Shown: in pieces, positions 56,521 through 64,000 of the stretch | Layout of the letters: the number at the start of each line of letters is the position of its first letter | Position numbering within the stretch: position 1 is the stretch's first letter | From: an uncultured Planctomycetota bacterium | GTDB taxonomy: Bacteria; Planctomycetota; Planctomycetia; Gemmatales; Gemmataceae | Direction of reading: 5' to 3' | DNA length: 64,000 nt | Assembly (NCBI GenBank): GCA_963849325.1 | Contig: CAWKHF010000012.1 | Coordinates: forward strand, 320,001 to 384,000 | The notes under the pieces: model-generated | The model's input: the letters and a program-made list of their open reading frames with translations, nothing else | The model's database searches: none | What the model was told of the DNA's origin: nothing | Position numbers and translations under genes: made by a program

Positions 56521-58316
56521 TCAACGTGTCACAGGTCCGTAGCTGTCAGTTCGGGGAAGCAGGTGGGCGCACAGTTCCAGATAGTGGCGCGTCACGTCGC
56601 TCCAGCTCTGCGTCGAGCCGTCGCCGCGTTTGCCGTTGCGCCCCATCCGTTCGGCATGGGCGGGATCGCCGAGGATGCGATCCAGCGCCCAGACCATCGA
56701 GCCGGGGTTGTCGTAGGTGAGCAGGCCGTTCTCCTCGTGGCGAACCAGGTGGGCCGGGCCGCCGTGCGTGGTGACGACCGGCCGGCCGGCCTTGCGCGCC
56801 AGGTCCACCACGGCGTCATCGAAGGGCACGCGGCAGCGCGAGGGCAGGACCAGCGCCTCGGCGGCGCGGACCAGGCGCGTGACCTGCGGCCCCTCGCGGT
56901 GGCCGAGCACGCGCACGGCGTGGGCCACGCCGAGTTGGTGCGCCCGGTGCTCGAGAGTGGCCGTGCATGTTGCCGGAGCCGATGAAGGCCAGCCGCAGGT
57001 TGCCGGCACGGCGCAGCAGCGTCGGCAGGGCCTCCACCAGCAGATCGACGCCGGCGGAGTGCTCCAGCGGCCCGACGTACAGGATGAGGCGGTCGAGCGG
57101 GCCGACGCCGATTTCCCCCTTGACGTGTCCGTAATCGAGCGGGCACTCCCACTCGTTGGCGCAGGCGGCCCTCCATCGGGAAGGCGTGGACGCGCGACGC
57201 CGTCCACGCCCAGTTCGGTGATGGCGGTTCGACGCAGCCAGTCCGGCGTCAGCACGCAGCCGGCGGCGCGGGCGACCGCGCGCTCGGCCTCCTGGATGGC
57301 CCGCGACAGCGCGGTGGCCGGCCCGCCGTTGCGGCGCGTCGCCTCCAGCGAGGTCAGCGACAGGACGCGCGGCCGACGCAGCCGCGCCGCCGCCAGCGCC
57401 CGTCAGCCATTCGTGATGATGCAGCAGGTCGAACGGCGGGGCATCGCGCAGACGCTCCTCGGCGGCGCGGGCGAACGCCTGGGCCGCCTCCAGCGGCGAG
57501 CCGTCGCTCGCCAACGGGCAACGGATGATAGCGAACGCCGTCCACCTCGCGCGGCTCGTCGGTGGGGTCGGCCGCGGGGAGGAAAACGTGGACCTCATGG
57601 CCCAAGGTACGCTGGTGGATGGCCAGCTCGCGGACGAACGGAGCGGGCTTGGTCGTCGCCGTCCGCCGCGAACGTGAAGGCGGCGATGCGCAGGGCTGGA
57701 CGCAGCTTCGGCCGGCGCAGCTCGCGCAGGAAGTTCTCCTGCTCCCAGACGTTGCCGACGTGCTCGATGCGGCCGCTGTCGTCCACGTACAGGGCCGTCT
57801 GATCGCGGTTGGGCGACCCGGTGGTCCCGAGCGAACGGCACGCTGATGCGAGCGGGCGGCGGGGAGGAACTCGCCGCTGCGCAGGACGAAGCCGACCTCG
57901 GCCAGCTGCGACGTTCCCGGACGGGGCAGATGGAAGAAGCGCTGCCCGCACAGGCCCGGCAGCGGCTCGTCCTGGATGCGATGGGCGTTCAGGCCGTTAA
58001 AGTGGATACAAGAGACATCATAAATACGCAGAACCAGGCGGCAGTTGTGCCAGGCGCCGCCGCGCCGCCGCGCCGTCTCGTCCACCCATTCCGGCCGAAT
58101 GCGCCAGTGGGCGAAGCCCTGCGTGGGCGTCACGGCGGCCAGGCCGACGTGGTTTTCCGCCGGCACGTAGGCGTCGGCGGGCCGCGCCTCGGCGATCTCC
58201 CAGCCGACGCGGCGCAGCAATTCCGCATCGAGGGGGACCGGCTCCGGCAGACGATATTCGATCCGGGGACAAGCGAGTTCGGTCTTCCAGGCCAGCGCCT
58301 CCGCTTCGACCGACAT
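56521..58316 (-). CDS. DUF4912-domain + GT4-like glycosyltransferase fusion, frameshifted
   Basis: FAHW..LVLRIYDVS..AEVG..FLPAARS (DUF4912-like), then HHHEWLT, ILYVG, LVLPSR. Confidence 0.7.
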
Positions 58317-58441
58317 CGAGCAGAGCGATACTGGGAGTATCCATGAGATTCAGACATCCATTCTGCAAAATGAGGATTGATGAGCGAAGGAAGGTGGAGG
58401 GGCCATCCAGCCCTCGTTCGCTCATCCATCATCAATCCGTT

Positions 58442-59607
58442 TCAGGCGACGCTGGCGTAGACGGCTTCGGTTTGCTTCGGCGATGCGGTCCCAGCTGAAG
58501 GCGGCATCGACGGCGGCGCGGCCGTTGCCGCCCATCCAGCGGCAGCGGCCGTGGTCGGACAGCAGCGTGCCCAGACCCCAGGCGACCGAGTCGGGCGTGT
58601 CGTCCACCTGCAGGCCGTTGACGCCGTGCCAGACGAACTCGGCCGGGCCGCCGCGTTTGGTGCTGACGACCGGCTTGTGGGCCGACCAACCTTCGAGGAT
58701 GACGATGCCGAACGGCTCATTGCGGCTGGGCACCGCCACGACGTCGCAGGCCTTGAACAGGTCGTGCAGTTCGCGGCCGCGGCGATCGCCCAGCATGCGC
58801 AGGGCGTGGCCCACGCCCAGCTGGTGGGCGATGCCGCAGACGTCGTTGCGCATGTGGCCGTCGCCGGCGAAGACGAACTTGGCGTGCGGATAGTAGCGGA
58901 GGACGGACGGCATGGCGCGGACGAGGATGTCCGGCCCCTTCTGCACGACCATGCGGCCGACGAACAGGACGGTCGGGTCGAGCGGGCCGATGGCGTAGCG
59001 GCGCTTGACCTCGCCGGCATCGACGGGGTAGTCGAAGGTGCTGGGCGTTGACGCCGTTGTAGATGACTTCCGTCTTGTGGTCGGGGCACTGGTAGAGCCA
59101 GCCGACCTCGCTCTTGAGCTGGTTGGAGACGGTGATGACGCGATCGGCGCAGTAGGTGCCGTGCCGCTCGTGGTCCTGGACGCGGTGCGATTGCCCGCCG
59201 AAGAAGCGATTGCCGTTGCGGCCGTACTCCGTCGAGTGCATGGTCAGGACGCCCTTGCGGCCGCGGCCTTCCTTGATCCAGACCAGGGCGTTGGAGGCCA
59301 GCCAGTCGTGGGCGTGAACGATGTCGAAGCGGCCGACGTGGTCCTCGACCGCGAAGAACTCGTGGACGAAGGCCCGGCACATGTTGTTGATTTCATCGAC
59401 GAAATTGGCGTTGAGCACGAAGTTGCAGCGGTGATAGTGAACGCCGTGGATGCGGTCGTAGTGCGGCTGCTGAGGGCCGCGGCGGGTGAACACGTGGACT
59501 TCGTGACCGCGACGGTCGAGAGCGGCGGCCAGCTCCGTGACGTGGACGCCGACGCCGCCCACGGCGATGCTGTGCAGCGTCTCCCATGAGAACAAGGCAA
59601 TCTTCAC
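58442..59607 (-). CDS. GT4 glycosyltransferase (glycogen synthase-like), frameshifted
   Basis: VGGVGVHVTELA, HAHDWL, HSTEYGRNG, VPSRNEPFGIVILEGW. Confidence 0.88.
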
Positions 59608-59885
59608 GTTTTACCTCCAGGGTGCTCTGCTTCCGTGCAGCGAAGGCTTCCAGCCCGTTACGTTGTTTGGTCTGCGTGTGCCCGCCTTCCCCGGGCCGGG
59701 GAGGGACGGCACACCGTCCAAACGGAAAAAGGTCGAGTCCATTTCGGGACAGGCCGATGGGGGACCACATCAGCCCGAGTGTCGCTCTGGTTGACACTCG
59801 TATTACCCAGCGTCGTCGGCCGACGGGGGCGTGACGCCGGATCCCGTGCCTAATGCGAGGGCGTTTCGCCGTGCCCGCGTATGGG

Positions 59886-59900
59886 GCAATAACGATGCCA
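59886..59900 (-). promoter_or_regulatory. Putative sigma54 (-24/-12) promoter upstream of the glycosyltransferase/GH57 operon
   Basis: TGGCATCGTTATTGC fits TGGCA-N6-TTGC with exact GG/GC spacing. Confidence 0.6.
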
Positions 59901-60376
59901 AAGGTGCGCTTTGTCGCCTGCCTCCAGTAAACCTATAAATAACCAAGCTATCGATCCGGCGTCGTTCGTCAAGGGGAATAATTCGCGTTGTCCTCGCCTG
60001 CTTGTTGGGCATTTCTGCTGGAATTCCGGGCACGAAACGGCGGCCAGAAACGCTGGCTCCCCGATCCCTCGCATCTCGATGAATGAGGAGCGCGAAACAA
60101 AAGGGACACGAGTGGACACCCCGGTCGCTGGGACAGGGATTTCCGGTCCTTGCTGCGGTCCCCTGCGATCCATAGCATGAGCATGGTGGGGTTGGGCCTA
60201 CCTCCGTGTTAGCCGTCAGGCGAAGGCAACCGTGGCGAAGCAATCGGTTCGCCGCCGGAGAGTTCGCCCCCCGACGAAAAGGTGGGGCCAAAGGCCCCCG
60301 TTCCTCTGCCAACATTTTCCATTTATCAAAGATGATGGTTTTGGCGTCATCTGTCAAGTGTTTACTGTCACGAAAA

Positions 60377-61611
60377 TGGCAGTATGGTTGTCCGGTGGTT
60401 TTCGCCATCCTGCTGAGCGCCGGCCCGGCGACGGCGGACGAGACGGCGAAACCGCCGACCTTCGCCGTGCGGACGGCCGGCGGGACGCGGGTGCGCGGCG
60501 TCTGTCGGGAACTGAAAACCGACTGGTCGGTGCGCCTGGGGGAAGGCGACGGCACCCTGGTTTCCGGCGACAACCTGCTGACGATGCGACGCGCCGACGT
60601 TGCTCTGCCGCCGATGCCCGTGGACGAGCACCTCCTCCTCGCCAACGGCGACCGCATTCCCTACACCCGTCTGCGCCTGGTCGGCGAAACGATGCACCTC
60701 CACCATCCGAACCTGGCGGGAGGCAAAGAAGCGTCCCTGCCGTTGGCCGCGGTTGCGGTGCTGTGGCGCATCGCTCCCGACAAGGCTCTCGACGCGGAGA
60801 AACTGCGCCGCCGTCTCGCCGCCGGCACGAGGACGCGCAACATCGTTGGCCTGCGCAACGGCGACGTCGTCGCCGGTGTGTTGACCGGCCTGGACAAGGA
60901 CAAGGTCGAGGTGGAGGTCGGAAAAAAGCGGACGACGGTACGGATGGCGCAGGTGGCGTACATCGCTTTCAACACCGAGTTGGCCGACGCCTTGCGGCCC
61001 AAGAGCGTGTACGCCCGGCTCATCCTGGCCGGGACCGGGCCGGGCAAGGGCGGCCGACTGTCCCTGACCTCGGCCGCCTGCGCCGACGGCGCTACCCTCA
61101 CCGGCACCACCGCCTTCGGCGCGCGCCTGAGCGTCCCGCTGCGAGACGTCGTCGCCCTCGATCTGCACCAGGGACGCGCCGTCTATTTATCCGATCTCCA
61201 ATCGATTAAATACGAATACTTCCCCTTCCTCGATACCACGTGGTCGTTCACCGCGGACGGCAACGTCGCCGGGCACGACCTGCTCCTGGGCGGTTCGACC
61301 TACGACAAAGGCGTCAGCCTGCACAGCCACGGCCGGCTGACCTACCGCCTGGCCGGCGCCTATCGACGCTTCGAGGCGCTGGTGGGATTGGACGATCGGG
61401 ATGGCCGCAACGGCAGCGTGCGCGTCCGCGTGCTGGCGGACGGCGCGGCGCTCGATGTCGGCGCCGGCCGCGAGCTGACGGCCGGGAGCGGTCCTCTGCG
61501 GATCGGCGTCTCCGTCGCGGGGGTGCGCGAGCTGACGCTGGAAGTCGAGTTCGGCGCGGCGCCGACGTGCAAGACGTGGTGGACTGGGTCGATGCCCGCC
61601 TGGTCAAGTGA
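60377..61611 (+). CDS. Secreted NPCBM/NEW2 domain protein, frameshifted; start approximate
   Basis: LANGD/LRNGD repeats, VYLSDL, YDKGVSLHS..FEALVGLDD..DWVDARL. Confidence 0.8.
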
Positions 61612-61616
61612 GCTAT

Positions 61617-61670
61617 CCGAGCCGCGACCGTTAGCGGGGGCGTTTCCGCTCCCTCACGGTCGCGGCTCGG
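61617..61670. repeat. REP-like palindrome related to 53187-53271
   Basis: CCGAGCCGCGACCGT / ACGGTCGCGGCTCGG arms. Confidence 0.75.
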
Positions 61671-61929
61671 TATCTGTCACGATGCGCGACTCCGTAGCTC
61701 GAAATCGCCCCGTCTCCTTCTTTTCCGCCGTCGTTGCCCCGATGGGGTAAACGGGGCGCTCTGCCCCGCTGGCCACTCCGGCGGTTGTGCCGAAAGTTTC
61801 AAGAAGGCGGGTTATGCCGGTCGATCCCACTAGGGATAGGAGAGCGCATCAGGCGACGGCTGCCGCGCTCGAGAGGACTGGCGCCGAGGTCCGCATCGGG
61901 GTCGCGGCGTGCTGTTGGGGGACGCGATC

Positions 61930-63211
61930 ATGCGCAGAGGCTGGATGGGCGTGGCACTGGTGGCGGCGTGCTTGTGCCTGAACGTGCCGGCCCAGGCCCA
62001 AAACGCGACCTATCCCAGTGCCGTGGGAGCGGCCCGCATGCCCGAACCGATCCCCTGCGGCCCGTCCGCCGGCGGGCCTCCCGGCCCGCCTCCACCCAAT
62101 CTCATCCCCGGTCCCATCAGCCCGCAAGCGGCGCCAATGGGGCCGCCGAACGACCTCAGTCTGCCCTACAATCACTCCAGCGCCTTCCAGTGCGAGAACT
62201 ACGTCGATGGCGGCGGCATGTTCTTCCACATCGGCCCGATGGCCCTGCAGCGCAACAAACTCGGCGCCGGCGACATCGCCGTCTTCAACGCCCAGGCCCT
62301 GGGACAGCCCATCGGTCCCGTCACGCCCAATCAGTTCATGCCGGCGCCGGCCGGCACCGACGCCGCCCTGGGTTTCAACGGTTTCACGCCGCCCATGTCG
62401 CTGGGCATCCGCGGTGAGGTCGGCTACCTGTGGGGCGACAACCAGAGCATCGAGTACAGCAGTTTTTACATCTGGGAGAACGACATCCAGGCCATGGTGC
62501 GTCGCCCGGCCAGCTGGACACGCTGTTCTACAACCCGCCGCGCGGCTTCCGGGCCGACGGTCTGTGGCGGCGAACCGATCAGGTGGACACCAACTTCGGC
62601 TCCAGCCTGTGGAACAACGAGGTGAACTATCGCCGTTGGGCCGCGGGCTTCGCCGGCCTGGAACTGATCGCCGGACTGCGCTACGTGCGCCAGAACGACA
62701 TCCTGAGCATCACCACGCAGGGCAGCGCCATCGCGCAAAACAACGTCGGCCTGCCCACGCCCGGTCTGACGTCCGCGGTCTACCAGTCGATTGCTCACAA
62801 CAACATCTTCGCTCCCCAGATCGGCGCCGAATACAATCTGCCGATCTTCCGCTGGCTGACGCTGTCCGCCATGGGCAAGGCGGCCTTGGGCGCCAACTAC
62901 ATCACCACCGACGTCAGCCTGACGCGCAGGACGGCCTGCTCGGTTTCGACTCGCACCGCTACGCCTGGAACCTCGGGGAGATTTACGAACTGGGCGGGTT
63001 TGCTTACATCAACTTCCTGGAGAAGTTGCGTCTGCGGCTGGGCTTCAACGCCATCTGGCTGGTCGGCGTGGCCGCCAGCAATGACCAGGTGGACTTCAAC
63101 CTGCACGGCACCGACACCGTCAACCCGCAGTCCGTCCCGCACGGACACAGCAGCAACAACGGCAGCATGTTGTACTTCGGCCCGCAGATCGAGATGCAAT
63201 TCTTCTTCTAG
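61930..63211 (+). CDS. Planctomycete outer-membrane beta-barrel (BBP7-like), frameshifted
   Basis: Signal peptide, Pro-rich N-terminus, AGLRY, HNNIFAPQIG, C-terminal aromatic ..MQFFF. Confidence 0.7.
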
Positions 63212-63230
63212 AGGAAGTCAGCCGGGCGGA

Positions 63231-63316
63231 ATCAATCCGCGTTTAGCCGCGACGCGCAGCGGAGCGCGGGAGTGCTCTCGCGCTCCGCTGCGCGTCGCGG
63301 CTAAACGCGGATTGAT
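63231..63316. repeat. Long REP-like palindrome between convergent genes
   Basis: 38-bp inverted arms ATCAATCCGCGTTTAGCCGCGACGCGCAGCGGAGCGCG. Confidence 0.8.
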
Positions 63317-63327
63317 CGCGGCATGAA

Positions 63328-63627
63328 TTAGAACTTCGCGCCGACGCACCAGTTGCCGTCGGCGGCCTGCAGCGACCAGACGACCTCGGCGGACAGTTTC
63401 AGGGGCCGGCTATAGCCGATCCCTTCCAGGTCCACCTCGATCTTCTGTCCGGTCCCCAGCGGCGACTTGACGATCAAGCGGATACCGTCGGCCGACAGGT
63501 CCAGCACGGACACGGCCAAGTTGGGGCCGACAATCACCGTGTCGGGACGACAGGCAACATCGACGTTGGCTTGCGGACGTTTGCGCTGCGACCGACGACG
63601 ATCCGAGCTGGCGGTTGGTTCGTGCAT
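63328..63627 (-). CDS. PilZ domain protein
   Basis: DRRRSQR (RxxxR), DLSADG (DxSxxG), VVW..CVGAKF. Confidence 0.85.
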   Translation of the reverse strand: MHEPTASSDRRRSQRKRPQANVDVACRPDTVIVGPNLAVSVLDLSADGIRLIVKSPLGTGQKIEVDLEGIGYSRPLKLSAEVVWSLQAADGNWCVGAKF

Positions 63628-63695
63628 GGTTGCCCTCCGGCAAGAGCATAGGTCACGAATCGCCGTCGAGCAACCATGCGGTCCGGGCCGGGCCC

Positions 63696-63908
63696 TTACT
63701 TGGCGAGAGGCTGGCCGTTGGCATCCGGGAGCTTGTTCATGATGATCATGATGAGATCGACCAACGACCAGATGCCGCAGCCGCCGCCTGTGATCAGCTT
63801 GGCGATCCCCAACCCGATGTAACCCAGGTAGAAACGATCAGCGCCAAGGAAGCCCAGGAAAAGCGAAAGCAGCAGGGCCACCATCCAACTCTTCGGTTCG
63901 TCTGCCAT
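63696..63908 (-). CDS. TM2 domain protein
   Basis: [32 protein letters not shown]. Confidence 0.88.
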   Translation of the reverse strand: MADEPKSWMVALLLSLFLGFLGADRFYLGYIGLGIAKLITGGGCGIWSLVDLIMIIMNKLPDANGQPLAK

Positions 63909-64000
63909 GTGGGCATCTCCTTCCAGGTGCATTAACCGTGACGTCAGTGCCCAGCCCACGGTTGGGACCGAGCGAATCGACCCAGAATATAAAGCAACCT

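Overview
High-GC bacterial DNA that looks like Planctomycetota (Gemmataceae-like), judged from DUF4058, BBP7-type barrel, BatA/MoxR/prenyltransferase genes and palindromic REP families. Many host genes carry single-base frameshifts, most likely long-read indel errors. The backbone holds sugar-nucleotide genes, ruvX, purL, a DUF58-SpoIIM-RDD operon, folE/moaD, tRNA-Glu, a MoxR-vWA cluster with small TA inserts, and a glycogen/alpha-glucan cluster. The main finding is a ~9.6 kb integrated element (9490-19133) bounded by an 18-bp direct repeat. It sits in the first codons of a host gene and supplies a replacement start codon. It encodes a large serine recombinase, an excisionase-like HTH, a lone HK97-fold major capsid protein (no recognisable portal, terminase, protease or tail) and an AAA/RepA-like helicase followed by an ori-like palindrome. 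These are followed by ~2.5 kb of hairpin-dense, mostly non-coding DNA, including two tandem units with conserved loops but swapped stems, and a strongly promoted array of five small genes, one of them ART/KptA-like. I interpret it as a candidate capsid-only phage satellite (PICI/tycheposon-like); novelty was not checked against databases. All family calls come from motif recognition by eye, not database searches.
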